This document shows, piece by piece, positions 10,577 through 20,334 of a DNA stretch of 64,000 nucleotides (position 1 is its first letter; the number at the start of each line of letters is the position of its first letter). The position numbers and the translations under genes are program-made. The notes below the pieces were generated by a model. The model had not been told where the DNA came from. It did not search any database and worked only from the letters and a program-made list of their open reading frames with translations. Source of the DNA: a virus (taxonomy: Duplodnaviria; Caudoviricetes); IMG/VR virus record IMGVR_UViG_3300043432_000485, positions 139,363 to 203,362 of that record. The stretch is one strand, 5' to 3'.

Positions 10577-13500
10577 CAGGTGCTCAGTTTAGCTCGATTG
10601 TTCTGAATTTGGGCTTGCAGGTCTGCAATCTGCTTGTCGATGGAAGCAATCTGCCTAGTGAGGTCGATGCCAACCACGGACACAGAGGTGTTCTTTTCGT
10701 GCTCCAGCTGATTCCGGGCAGCAGTAAGACGGGCAACGCTATTCTGATCCTGACTGATCTGGGTTGACAGATTGGCCTTCTCCGCATTGGATCTAAGCCC
10801 GGCCCCAAAGTCACTCCACGCCTTGGAGATGTTGTTGGCATTTGTCTGCACTGATCCCACCGCCGCGTTGGCATCCCCCACCATGAATCGGTTGGAAGCC
10901 GAGAATGGAGGAGCGAATTCAGAAGGCGGGTTCGATACAGCGGCATTCAGGTTGGATGTGTCAGCCGCTTGCCCAGGTAGTAGGTCTCCTCGAATGGCCT
11001 GCTCGAACTGTTGATGAGCCAAGTCCAAAGCCGAATACAGGTGGGTCAGGAACTGGTCCACACGGGAGACTGTGTCTGGGGAAGATGGGTTGAGAAATCC
11101 GCTGGAAGGCACCGGATTGATCCGAGAAGCATTCAGCTGTTCCTCTGCAGCGTTCAGCTGTTGTTCCAAGGAGGCCACCTCTGCTAGGGCCTCCTGCACG
11201 GCTTGCTTCTTGGCAGGATTGGTAGGATCGGCTTTAGAAATGTCAAACAGTGAGTTGGCTCTCTCGATGGCCTGCGTTTGTTTGGCTTGCAGGATCGCGA
11301 CTTGTTTCTCCTGCTCAGGGATAGAGTCGGCGTGGATGCTGCCCCCATCCACGCTAGACACCCCAAGGTTCTTCAGGGTAGACACATCTGCAGACGCCGG
11401 ATTGTTCAGAGTCTTCACTTGGTAGTCGGTGGCCATGAACGCCAGATCCGCACGCCCCGTGACGCACACACAGTCCTCATCGGGTTTCGTGTTGGCATCC
11501 TTCACAGACATCTCAGCCAAGGTCAGAGCCCGAGAAAGTTGGGAGGCCTCTACCGAAGGGGAGCCCTTTTGCTCCGGTGACCCAAGGGTGGCGGTAGACA
11601 CGAAGTTGTCCCCCACATCCACAAACTTTGGGGTACCCATGTCCAATACGGCAGCGGTCTGGCTGTCATCTGGAGTCATGGCTGAAAGAACAGAGGCAGG
11701 ATCGGCGTACCCAGTGCTGACCGTAGAGAGACCTTGAGACTGTGCAGTCAGCATCTCACTCAGCCCGCCGGAAAGCGCGAGCTGCAGGTCCACCGTCGCT
11801 CTCTGGCTAGAGTCCTGAGTAATCAGGCGTCCATCTTTGAGGGACACGCGCCGCCCGTATTGAAAGTGTCCAACGACTTCGAATCCCCGCTCATCACTTA
11901 CGGGACGAATGAGGGCTGTCTGACTGGTTGGGATGTCAATTACAGCTTTGTCCTTTGGGGTCACAGTAAGGTTGGCCCCTGGTAGCACCAACATCTCACT
12001 GATCACCCCGTTACCAGCCGAGGAGTCATGAGCATAGATGAACACCCCAGCGGAGTTCAAGCCGTACTGATACCTGTTGCTGAGGTACTTACCCCTGATC
12101 GAATCGTCAATGTTGGTCAAGAACATGTTCTGGAGATGCTGGCGATACGCGTCCCGGTTCTTCAGCGCGATGGCTTGCTGACTCTGAGCCACGTTGGGAT
12201 TAGGGGCGGTGGACGACTTCTGTCCCGCTTGATCGCTGAAATCCACGGGGTTGAAGGGTCGGGTATAGGCCATTACCACATTGGGATAGCCAACGATCCT
12301 CCCTGTCTTTGGGTGGCGCAGAATGAGCGGCTCATTGGGATCGGTTGCTCCAGTCTCAGAGCCAAACGCGCTGGATGAAGATGGGATCGATGCCGCATTG
12401 GTCACGTCTAGCTTGAACACTCCGTGTAAAGCTAGCTGTTGGGAGCTGAAACGAAAGGCGCGTGGCAACCCATCCTTGTCTGGTTCCGGGACCCCGTTGA
12501 ACTTGTCGAGCTTCAGATTGCCGATGCCCTTAGGGGCTATGAACTTCACTCTTCGAGCGGTTAGGGTGAGGGTCGTGGTGGCACGGCCTCCAAACGCAAT
12601 GCTGTGACTGATACCCGACACATACCAAATCTGATCCTTGTCCTTGGAAGCCAAGTAGATGGGGAATCCCAGGCGCAACTCAGGACGCATCGGGATAGTG
12701 ACTGACCCCCGGAAGCGCTTGGAGTTGATTCGGTCCAGGACGTCCAGCCCATGGAAGAACATGAGCTGCGGGTCCTTCAAGAACTCGCTGTTGTACGGAT
12801 GCGTGCGCCAGCCGTACTTCCGCAACAGATGGTAGTCTGTGACGGTCGTGAGAGGAGTGATCTCCTCACCCGTTCCGTAATCGGTAGTGCCGCCATAGCT
12901 ACCCTGCATTGTCAGCTGGGTGACCACTTCAGACTCAGACTCGGAGAACTCCCAATCAATGACATCCACATCCTGGACCCAGGAGATCGGTTTGTTGCTC
13001 AGTACATCCAGGTTGTAAAACGGGGGCTTGAATACGATGTCCCCAGTGACGTCCATGTAGAACTCAAATCCGATCGCCTCCTTGGCGGCGTTGGCAAGCT
13101 CAAGCTTGGTCTGGTACTCAGACTGCCAAAGCCCTATCTGACCAGCATTGGACGTGACCGTTTTGAACGCAGCCACTTTGTTGGACGCCGGGTCGAACAC
13201 AAATTGCCCGCCCTCGCTAGACGTAGCATCTCGTACCGATGTGGAAGCGATGTGAGCAACATCTACCACACCCTTCTTCTGAGAGTACTCCTGGAACAGC
13301 TTGTCCCCTCGAACCGAGACTCCGCTGGCCCCGTACAGGACGAGGTTGTTTCGCATCCTAGCGAATCTCTTTTCCCAGTAGAGCATCATGTCGGAGAGGG
13401 CAGAGTCGAACGTCTGTTGCTGGGTGGTGTCCCGCACCAAAGCGTTCATGGACCCCGTGCCAACAATGACATCACCGAAGGACTGATTGGCTAGAGAGAA

Positions 13501-14037
13501 GATGATGTCATAGGGGTTCGAGGAAGCGAACACGTTTCCTACGAGGTTTCTTCCCTGCTGCCCGGATGAAGCCGTGTACGCTGGGTTGATATTGATCTTG
13601 CACAATTCCCACCATTTCAGGATGTCACTCGCGTGTATCGAAACAGTGTGCTCCCCACTGGAATAGCTATCAGTGACCTCCGTAATGATACCCCAGAAGA
13701 TCGGGTAGTACTGCGGAAGGCCCTCCACCAAGTAGTAGCCCTTGGCATAGATTTCGATCTCCATCATAGTAGTGATGACTGGACTACCGTCGAAGTAGAA
13801 GTCGTCGATAGTGTGCCTGGGTATAGCCAGGGATATATTGGCACTTCCTGGAGAGCTTTCGACGCTCAAATCCATCTGAATGTTTGTGATGTACTTGTTC
13901 AGATCAAAAGAACGGGAGCACTGTGGGCATCCTATGATCTCCATCTCCCCATTGATGTAGACCACGGCATCAGGAGCCGTGGCAATCGTGGGTCTCACGT
14001 TAGGCTGGAATGTGCCTTGAAAGGGACTACGAGGCAT
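10576..14037 (-). CDS. Baseplate hub protein (gp27/late control D-like) with C-terminal coiled-coil extension
   Basis: Hub-type motifs (EFYMDVTGDIVFKPPFY, GSVTIPMRPELRLGFPI, WYVSGISHSIAFGGRATTTLTL); positioned between tube initiators and spike. Confidence 0.75.
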   Translation of the reverse strand: MPRSPFQGTFQPNVRPTIATAPDAVVYINGEMEIIGCPQCSRSFDLNKYITNIQMDLSVESSPGSANISLAIPRHTIDDFYFDGSPVITTMMEIEIYAKGYYLVEGLPQYYPIFWGIITEVTDSYSSGEHTVSIHASDILKWWELCKININPAYTASSGQQGRNLVGNVFASSNPYDIIFSLANQSFGDVIVGTGSMNALVRDTTQQQTFDSALSDMMLYWEKRFARMRNNLVLYGASGVSVRGDKLFQEYSQKKGVVDVAHIASTSVRDATSSEGGQFVFDPASNKVAAFKTVTSNAGQIGLWQSEYQTKLELANAAKEAIGFEFYMDVTGDIVFKPPFYNLDVLSNKPISWVQDVDVIDWEFSESESEVVTQLTMQGSYGGTTDYGTGEEITPLTTVTDYHLLRKYGWRTHPYNSEFLKDPQLMFFHGLDVLDRINSKRFRGSVTIPMRPELRLGFPIYLASKDKDQIWYVSGISHSIAFGGRATTTLTLTARRVKFIAPKGIGNLKLDKFNGVPEPDKDGLPRAFRFSSQQLALHGVFKLDVTNAASIPSSSSAFGSETGATDPNEPLILRHPKTGRIVGYPNVVMAYTRPFNPVDFSDQAGQKSSTAPNPNVAQSQQAIALKNRDAYRQHLQNMFLTNIDDSIRGKYLSNRYQYGLNSAGVFIYAHDSSAGNGVISEMLVLPGANLTVTPKDKAVIDIPTSQTALIRPVSDERGFEVVGHFQYGRRVSLKDGRLITQDSSQRATVDLQLALSGGLSEMLTAQSQGLSTVSTGYADPASVLSAMTPDDSQTAAVLDMGTPKFVDVGDNFVSTATLGSPEQKGSPSVEASQLSRALTLAEMSVKDANTKPDEDCVCVTGRADLAFMATDYQVKTLNNPASADVSTLKNLGVSSVDGGSIHADSIPEQEKQVAILQAKQTQAIERANSLFDISKADPTNPAKKQAVQEALAEVASLEQQLNAAEEQLNASRINPVPSSGFLNPSSPDTVSRVDQFLTHLYSALDLAHQQFEQAIRGDLLPGQAADTSNLNAAVSNPPSEFAPPFSASNRFMVGDANAAVGSVQTNANNISKAWSDFGAGLRSNAEKANLSTQISQDQNSVARLTAARNQLEHEKNTSVSVVGIDLTRQIASIDKQIADLQAQIQNNRAKLST

Positions 14038-14551
14038 GGCATAGCCCCCTAAGATGTCGAACTATGGACTCAAGTTCTTCGAGAGTGGCATCCGATTTGA
14101 TCCTATTGGCCCTCCAGGAGACCACTTCTACGTTACTTTTGACGTAACCGAGGGCCGGATTGATTCGATCAAGAGTAGGAGAGTTCTGGCACATTCCTCC
14201 TGAACCATTGCCCCTGAATAGAGGCAACCCTAGCACCGGGCAGAGTTCTGGTATAACTATATCCTGTAGTTCCAGGGAAAACTCTAAGCCCTTCGTTTTT
14301 GCCCTATGGGCCGCAGCCCTTAGCATCCTATCCTCAGTACTCCTGTTTCGAGAGCGAGCCTTTGCATTGGGGTGAGAGTTGCCTAATGCGGTAGATACCC
14401 TGCCCTTGGGTGACTTCTTGTACGCAGAGTTGTCTTGGTTGTGGCAGCCCTTGCACCAAGAGGCCCGGCCATCCCTTCGTCTCTTGTCTTTACTGAACTC
14501 CACCAAGGACTTGGACTTCAGGCATTTTGAGCATTGCTTTTCCATCGTCAT
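14027..14551 (-). CDS. HNH homing-endonuclease-like protein (paralogue of 7920-8420)
   Basis: N-terminal CxxC/CxxC Zn ribbon; CPVLG...PTLDRINPALGYVKSNVEVVSWRANRIK. Confidence 0.8.
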   Translation of the reverse strand: MTMEKQCSKCLKSKSLVEFSKDKRRRDGRASWCKGCHNQDNSAYKKSPKGRVSTALGNSHPNAKARSRNRSTEDRMLRAAAHRAKTKGLEFSLELQDIVIPELCPVLGLPLFRGNGSGGMCQNSPTLDRINPALGYVKSNVEVVSWRANRIKSDATLEELESIVRHLRGLCHAS

Positions 14552-16356
14552 CCAAGAAGGTTGTCAGGATTGTTCAAATCCCCCAGAGCGTCCGGAGGAG
14601 GAGCTACACCAGGACTAGGTTGAGCGTTGTTGCCTCCAAACGTAGGGCTATTGGTGGTCCCTACGGCCAAGGGGGAGGTTGTCGGTTGTCCATAGGTATA
14701 TTGGGCGTCGTCTAGATGATCCAGAAGGTACCAAGCCCTGACTGTAAATGAGAACGAGTACTCTAGAGAGAATGGAGTGGTCTCTGATTCCGTGAGGCTG
14801 AATGTATCGAACGAACCGATGTACAAGATGTCATCATAGTACAGGTACACTGAACCAACCACCGATAGGTTCTTGACTCTGGCCCCTTTTGGGGAGAGTG
14901 GATCTGGGAACCATATCCCAGCGTTGTTTTTGTACAGTAGCCACAGGCTCAGCAGGTTCTGGTAGCTGGCCGAGAACTGGCGGGCCGTACGAGTCAATCC
15001 AGGGCCATTGGCATTCAAGGCATCCATTGAGTAGAAAGCCGCGACCTTCCCGGACCCTTCAATCTTGTCCTGGTCCTCTCCCCAATGCTCGATGATTGGC
15101 CCACTACGGGACCAGCTGCCATCCGCGATGTGCTTGTTTGCCTGCACCCGGAAGGATTGCGGGTTCACCAACAATCGGAGCGGGGGAGTCTTAGCCATCG
15201 TGTTCAGGGCATCCTGCATCATCAGAATGGTGGCCTCTTGCTGATCCAGGAACTTCTTGCCTAGATTCTGTTGGTTCAGAGTCTTGTACTGGACCAGTGC
15301 AGCATTGCGTGAAGACTCCTGCGCATTGAACTCGCCTCGCGCCTGCCAGGATTCCTGGGTCGTAGTCACCGCATCAGAGCCCACAGGGGCTGCCTCTGAA
15401 CTGGGCTGCTCTCCCAGCCGGGCCTTAGCTGAATCAATCGCGGCTTGGAACTTGGGGTTCAACGAATTCTTGGCCACGCGCTGATCGAGGTCTGCGGGAG
15501 TGATGTACCCCTTGTAGTGGGGTACATCCAAGGGTTGATTCTGTTGATAGGCTAGCTGCTGGAACGCTGGGTTCTTGTATGTCGGAGCTGTTGCCTTTGA
15601 GCTGTAGATCGAGCCGTCAGGATTGTTGAATCCACCAAACGTGATGGCCTTCAACTCTGATGCATTCTTCCCCCTGGCTCGACCCTGATAGTACTTCTCG
15701 ACCCAGAACAGCTGGGAAGTGTTGTCGGTGTTCTCGAAGTTGTTGTACTGCTCCTCAGTCATGCCCAATCCAAGAGCTGTCTTCTTGGTCAGCTGGTTGA
15801 GCCCTTTGGCCACCACGTGCGGTTGCCCGTCCTTGCCTTTGCGAATAGCCGGTACGGATCCATCGAAGCTACTCTCCGATTGAATCACCTTAGCAAGCTC
15901 CTCCGGTTGGCAACCGAGGCGATTGCACATCGCCACATACTGGTCCCAGAACTCCGGGCTACTAGTCGATGTTGGACCCGTAGGAACGGTAGTGCTGGTT
16001 GCGACTCCGCTTGTTTGACCGGGAGTGTCTCCAGTGGAAGATGAACCAACATCCGGGTTGTTAGAGATGATGGTACCGTAGCTCCCATCCAAAGCCTGGA
16101 CAGATGCAGTGCGATCCAGAATCCTTCCCGTCACACGAGATGAAGGGGGGATCAACCCAACCGCGAAGATCTTGACCTCGCTAGGGCTCCTCTGTGGAAC
16201 AGTGGTCAAGGGGATAAACTGACCATCCAACGGCTCGCTCTGGTTCTCCAGGGCGTGGTAGAAGGACAACAGTTCATACACGGCCGGCTGATACAGGTCC
16301 GAGTCAAGCTCGATCTGCTGAGCGATGCTCTGAGCCTGGTTGTTATCTGTTGCCAT
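14548..16356 (-). CDS. Tail tube-initiator-like protein with internal lytic transglycosylase (SLT/lysozyme-like) domain
   Basis: LAKVIQSESSFD (candidate catalytic Glu) and GLNQ (GLMQ-like); C-terminal LRLLVNPQSF...IEHWGEDQDKIEGSG matches the adjacent 225-aa protein. Confidence 0.65.
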   Translation of the reverse strand: MATDNNQAQSIAQQIELDSDLYQPAVYELLSFYHALENQSEPLDGQFIPLTTVPQRSPSEVKIFAVGLIPPSSRVTGRILDRTASVQALDGSYGTIISNNPDVGSSSTGDTPGQTSGVATSTTVPTGPTSTSSPEFWDQYVAMCNRLGCQPEELAKVIQSESSFDGSVPAIRKGKDGQPHVVAKGLNQLTKKTALGLGMTEEQYNNFENTDNTSQLFWVEKYYQGRARGKNASELKAITFGGFNNPDGSIYSSKATAPTYKNPAFQQLAYQQNQPLDVPHYKGYITPADLDQRVAKNSLNPKFQAAIDSAKARLGEQPSSEAAPVGSDAVTTTQESWQARGEFNAQESSRNAALVQYKTLNQQNLGKKFLDQQEATILMMQDALNTMAKTPPLRLLVNPQSFRVQANKHIADGSWSRSGPIIEHWGEDQDKIEGSGKVAAFYSMDALNANGPGLTRTARQFSASYQNLLSLWLLYKNNAGIWFPDPLSPKGARVKNLSVVGSVYLYYDDILYIGSFDTFSLTESETTPFSLEYSFSFTVRAWYLLDHLDDAQYTYGQPTTSPLAVGTTNSPTFGGNNAQPSPGVAPPPDALGDLNNPDNLLG

Positions 16357-17033
16357 CAGACTCCCGGGCCTCCGATGGTAGTGTTGGACTTCTGGAAATT
16401 CGGCACGTTCAGGTAGTCATCTTTGCCACGGGCCGATGGCGTGATAGCAGTCCCAGGAATCTTCATCATCTCCTCTTCCACCTTGAAGGTCCAAGATACC
16501 TTGAAAGCGAAAGGCTGGTCATCGGTTTCCTCAACCTCAAACGAGCGGAAGTACCCTAGGTAGGTACCCCGATCGTACATGAGCATAACTTTTCCCTGTA
16601 ATACGATGTTGCCAGAGGGATCATACACGCTGCCGTTGTTCCTGTACAAGTCATGCAGGTCCCGGTAGCGGTCCCATGCAATGGTCTTGTGTCTCAACGC
16701 AGAGCTGAGCCCTGTGTAGATGTTGACGAAGGCTCCCGTGCTGCCGTCAGCGGTGATCTCAGTCAGGTCATCCCCCCAATGCTGCTCTACCCAACCCCCA
16801 CGCGTTTGGATACGCTCCACCTTCTTGGTGTGGCTCTCCGCGAAGTTCTGCGGGTTGATGTGCATCACCAAGGCATGCGGCAACAGAACCCGACGGCTGT
16901 TGAATGGGCTGGTGATCTGGAAGGCGATCGGAATGAAGCTCTTCCTCTGCTCCAGCCCGTGACTGTAGTTCGGGTTGTCCGTTGGGACTGTCAGATGATC
17001 GAAGTCAGGATTAGCTGATGGGATGTGAGGCAT
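16356..17033 (-). CDS. Tail tube-initiator/baseplate tube-like protein
   Basis: LVMHINPQNFAESHTKKVERIQTRGGWVEQHWGDDLTEITADGSTG ... YLGYFRSFEVEE; immediately after the tape measure gene. Confidence 0.65.
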   Translation of the reverse strand: MPHIPSANPDFDHLTVPTDNPNYSHGLEQRKSFIPIAFQITSPFNSRRVLLPHALVMHINPQNFAESHTKKVERIQTRGGWVEQHWGDDLTEITADGSTGAFVNIYTGLSSALRHKTIAWDRYRDLHDLYRNNGSVYDPSGNIVLQGKVMLMYDRGTYLGYFRSFEVEETDDQPFAFKVSWTFKVEEEMMKIPGTAITPSARGKDDYLNVPNFQKSNTTIGGPGV

Positions 17034-17040
17034 TCAGTTC

Positions 17041-20000
17041 TCAGCGCAGTCGCTTGTTGCGATCGTGCTCGGCTGCCCCCTCTACTACGCGTGCCTTGAT
17101 GAACTGCTTCAGGTCCCCCTTAAGCTCCAGCTGAACATTCATGTTACCAGCTGACGCTACTGCAGCATTGCCACCTGCAGGAGTGTATCCTCCGGCCGGG
17201 CCTTTGTACCCGGCAGATTCGGTCAAGCTAGAGAGTGCGGTGGCTGGGTCCACTCCATAGCGGCCCATCTGTTGAATGCCCCGAGGATCTACGCCCGCGC
17301 TTATAGAAGCGGCCACAGATTTCCTGTCTAGGCCTGAGTACATGTAGTACTCGAACAGAGCTTGAGATGCACCGTCATAGACTGACTTGGCCATGGTGTC
17401 ACCCAGCGGCCCGGTGATCGTTGACTTGTCAATCTTGATCCCTGATGTCTCCATTGTTCGATTGACATCCTGAATGCCGGAGACAGTAGCGGCCTGCTGG
17501 GTGGCTGTCGGAGCCTCTTTGGCAGCCTCAACTACCGCCGGATGAGTGGCCGCCACCGCTGCAGCGGGGGATGTTCCTGGAGCAGCATGCCCAACGCCCG
17601 CCGCTTGAGCAGTCTTGACCGCCTTCTCCAGATTGTTGAGGGTCTCGAACGTCTGATGAGCCCCTCCTTCCATCGAGTACAGGCTCTTCTTCGTGGTTCC
17701 GCTATAAGCAACAGCACCTGCCAAAGCCTTCTTTTTTGCTTCTAACGCGGCGATCTTGTCGTTGTCCCGCCCGGGACCCATGATGCCCTTCTCAGTCTCC
17801 AACTCCTGGGTGACCTTGCCAAACTCCTTGACGATATCCGGCAACTGTTTGAGCAAGGCTGCCCCCACAGTATCAACAGCGGTGTTCTTGGCTTTGGTAA
17901 GGTCCCCATTAGCTCCCGCAAAGGCCGCCATGATCCCGGCATTCTTTGTCTTGGCAGCCGCAATCTGCTCCTTCTGGAACGCCTGCTCCTTAGCTGACCG
18001 TCCGAAGGCCCCCGCAGTCATGAAGTGCACAAGCTCGGAAATGAGGTCCGTGAGACCTCCGATGGACTCCCATATCCCTGTCATGATGTTGTAGATCTGG
18101 TTCATCAGGATGTCGGCAATGATCCCGATTTTGTCGAGAGCGCTGGTCTGGAATCCAGAAGTCTCCTTCTGGTAGTCGATCTCTGTCGCTGAGTCGCTGA
18201 GAAGCTTCTTCTGGTTGTCGTTCATGCTGGCCACGAACTTCTTGTTCCCAGGGTCCTTCTGTATCGCTTCTCGGATCCCAGCTACAGTATCCGCGGTATT
18301 GGACTGATCATACTTGATGTTCAGCTTGGCGAGCTGAGCTATGTCATCTTGCGTGACGTTCCCCGACTCGACGCGAGCAATCAGATCCTCTTGAGCGGTG
18401 ATGATCCCTTGAGTGTACTTCTGGTATGCCCTAATCTCTTGTGCGGACGCGATGCCGGCTTGCTCCACTGCCAACAGATCCAACCCAGACAGTTGGTCAA
18501 ACCCTTTGCCCGTCAATCTCTTGACTTCATCTTGGGTCACATCCATCTTGGCCAACGGACTCAGCTGATCGATGATTGACGCGGTGTCGATCTCGTTACC
18601 AGAGGCAAGCTTGACCTGCATGTTAGCGGCATCCAACAAGCTGCTCATGATGGGACCGGAGATCTTGGTCTGATACTTGGCCTGCCATTTCGCGATGGCC
18701 CGCGGGTCTCGCTTAGGGTTCTTGATCAAGTCCAGAATCTCTTGGGTGGCATCTTTCGTACCGGGTTGGTTACGACCCAGAGCTGATGCTATGTCGTCCC
18801 CTAGCCCGGACAACCGGTCATTGAGGTCCTCTTGGGCGCGAGCCCTAACCTTCTCTGGGCCGGCCACCACGGTGTGCTTGAGGTTGTCAGCCAATCCACC
18901 ACTGAACTTCGAAGATATGGTGTGCAGGAACTTAGACGCCTCACGAGGATCCATGGTCTTACCTAGCGTCTTCATGACACCTGTCAGCTCTTCCATGCGA
19001 AGCGTAAACAAGGTCAGGTCAGCAGAGAAGGAGCGGATGATTCCGAAGAACTTGTTGGATGCGATACCAGCCTGATTGGCGCTCTTGACCATGTCCTGGA
19101 AGCTGGCTTGAACCGAGTCCAGGCTAGCCCCCATATCGGACATCATCTCTCCCTGCAACTGTGAGATCTCATTCAAGCTGACCCCGAAGGCGCGCGAATA
19201 GGCCACGCCCATCTGGATCACAGAAGCATGGTCCTTGGCATACCCGGTGGCGATCTTGGTCTCATCCCCAAGCTTTGAAAGGGACACTCCCTCTGCGGTC
19301 AAAGCGCTTTGGAATGCCACTGCAGTGTCCTTGGAAATGCCCCACTGAACATTGCTAAAAGCCATCGCCCCATCACGAGCGGAATCTAGACTCTCTTGCA
19401 GGGCTTCTGCTCCGGCCCCTACATTGCGCATGCCCTTGTTCAAGAACTCGGAGGTGCCTGTGGTGGAGAGAAGCTGCTTGTTGTAGTCCTTGGCCGCGGA
19501 CTCAGCGTCAATCATGATCTTCACGAAGGACATCATGAATGAGCTGGCCACAGAGAGGATGGGGCCTAGTTTGGCAAACGTTCCGAGGATCGGGCTCAGT
19601 ACTTTGGAGATTCCTTCCAGCCCTTTCAGTCCCATGCCAGCAGCCTTAGCGGCTCCGCCCTTAGCCATCAGTCGATCACCGTGTCTGCCAAGAGCGCCGC
19701 CACCTGCTTCCACTCCCTTTTGAAGCTTGCCAGCAAGCTTGCCAACCGTCTTGTCCAGCCCCATGGCAAGGAGGCTAGAGTAACGCTTGAACATCGCAGG
19801 GGCATCCTTTCGGAAGACCTCGTTCAATGGCTCGGCCAGAGCTTCACCCGCCTCTTCGGCGCGATCATGCAGCTCCTTCATATTGAAAGCGGACTCGTTA
19901 GCATCCTTCAAGGCCGCCTTTACGGTTCCGGACGCAGGGTCATCCCCTGTGCCTTGGGCTTGAATCTTCTCCCTGGTTTTTGCTGCCTCTTGGAAGGCTC

Positions 20001-20328
20001 GGATCCGAGCGAACGCTTGCTTGCGCTCCTCTCCCGTAGTTCCCTTGATGAGCTTACGCATGTCCTTTAGGACGTCGATGTCCTTCTGGATGCTGGCACC
20101 CAAGGTTCGATAATGGGTGGTGAGTTCCTTGACTCCCTGGTCCTGCTTACGCATCCCCTGCACATGGCGGATGAACTTCATCATCCCCTTGTCGAGCTTG
20201 GTGGTCTCCTTCTCCGCATCCTTCATGCGCTTAGTGAAGCCCTTAGTGAAACGGCTGATCTCCTTGACCGCGTTGCCGGGGGAGACGCCAATCTCAAACT
20301 CTAGTAAGGTCTTGTCTTTTGCCGCCAC
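17041..20328 (-). CDS. Tail tape measure protein (1095 aa)
   Basis: Long helical Ala/Gly/Lys-rich ORF with a hydrophobic segment (ILSVASSFMMSFVKIM), between the tail chaperones and tube initiators. Confidence 0.8.
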   Translation of the reverse strand: MAAKDKTLLEFEIGVSPGNAVKEISRFTKGFTKRMKDAEKETTKLDKGMMKFIRHVQGMRKQDQGVKELTTHYRTLGASIQKDIDVLKDMRKLIKGTTGEERKQAFARIRAFQEAAKTREKIQAQGTGDDPASGTVKAALKDANESAFNMKELHDRAEEAGEALAEPLNEVFRKDAPAMFKRYSSLLAMGLDKTVGKLAGKLQKGVEAGGGALGRHGDRLMAKGGAAKAAGMGLKGLEGISKVLSPILGTFAKLGPILSVASSFMMSFVKIMIDAESAAKDYNKQLLSTTGTSEFLNKGMRNVGAGAEALQESLDSARDGAMAFSNVQWGISKDTAVAFQSALTAEGVSLSKLGDETKIATGYAKDHASVIQMGVAYSRAFGVSLNEISQLQGEMMSDMGASLDSVQASFQDMVKSANQAGIASNKFFGIIRSFSADLTLFTLRMEELTGVMKTLGKTMDPREASKFLHTISSKFSGGLADNLKHTVVAGPEKVRARAQEDLNDRLSGLGDDIASALGRNQPGTKDATQEILDLIKNPKRDPRAIAKWQAKYQTKISGPIMSSLLDAANMQVKLASGNEIDTASIIDQLSPLAKMDVTQDEVKRLTGKGFDQLSGLDLLAVEQAGIASAQEIRAYQKYTQGIITAQEDLIARVESGNVTQDDIAQLAKLNIKYDQSNTADTVAGIREAIQKDPGNKKFVASMNDNQKKLLSDSATEIDYQKETSGFQTSALDKIGIIADILMNQIYNIMTGIWESIGGLTDLISELVHFMTAGAFGRSAKEQAFQKEQIAAAKTKNAGIMAAFAGANGDLTKAKNTAVDTVGAALLKQLPDIVKEFGKVTQELETEKGIMGPGRDNDKIAALEAKKKALAGAVAYSGTTKKSLYSMEGGAHQTFETLNNLEKAVKTAQAAGVGHAAPGTSPAAAVAATHPAVVEAAKEAPTATQQAATVSGIQDVNRTMETSGIKIDKSTITGPLGDTMAKSVYDGASQALFEYYMYSGLDRKSVAASISAGVDPRGIQQMGRYGVDPATALSSLTESAGYKGPAGGYTPAGGNAAVASAGNMNVQLELKGDLKQFIKARVVEGAAEHDRNKRLR

Positions 20329-20334
20329 TGCTGG

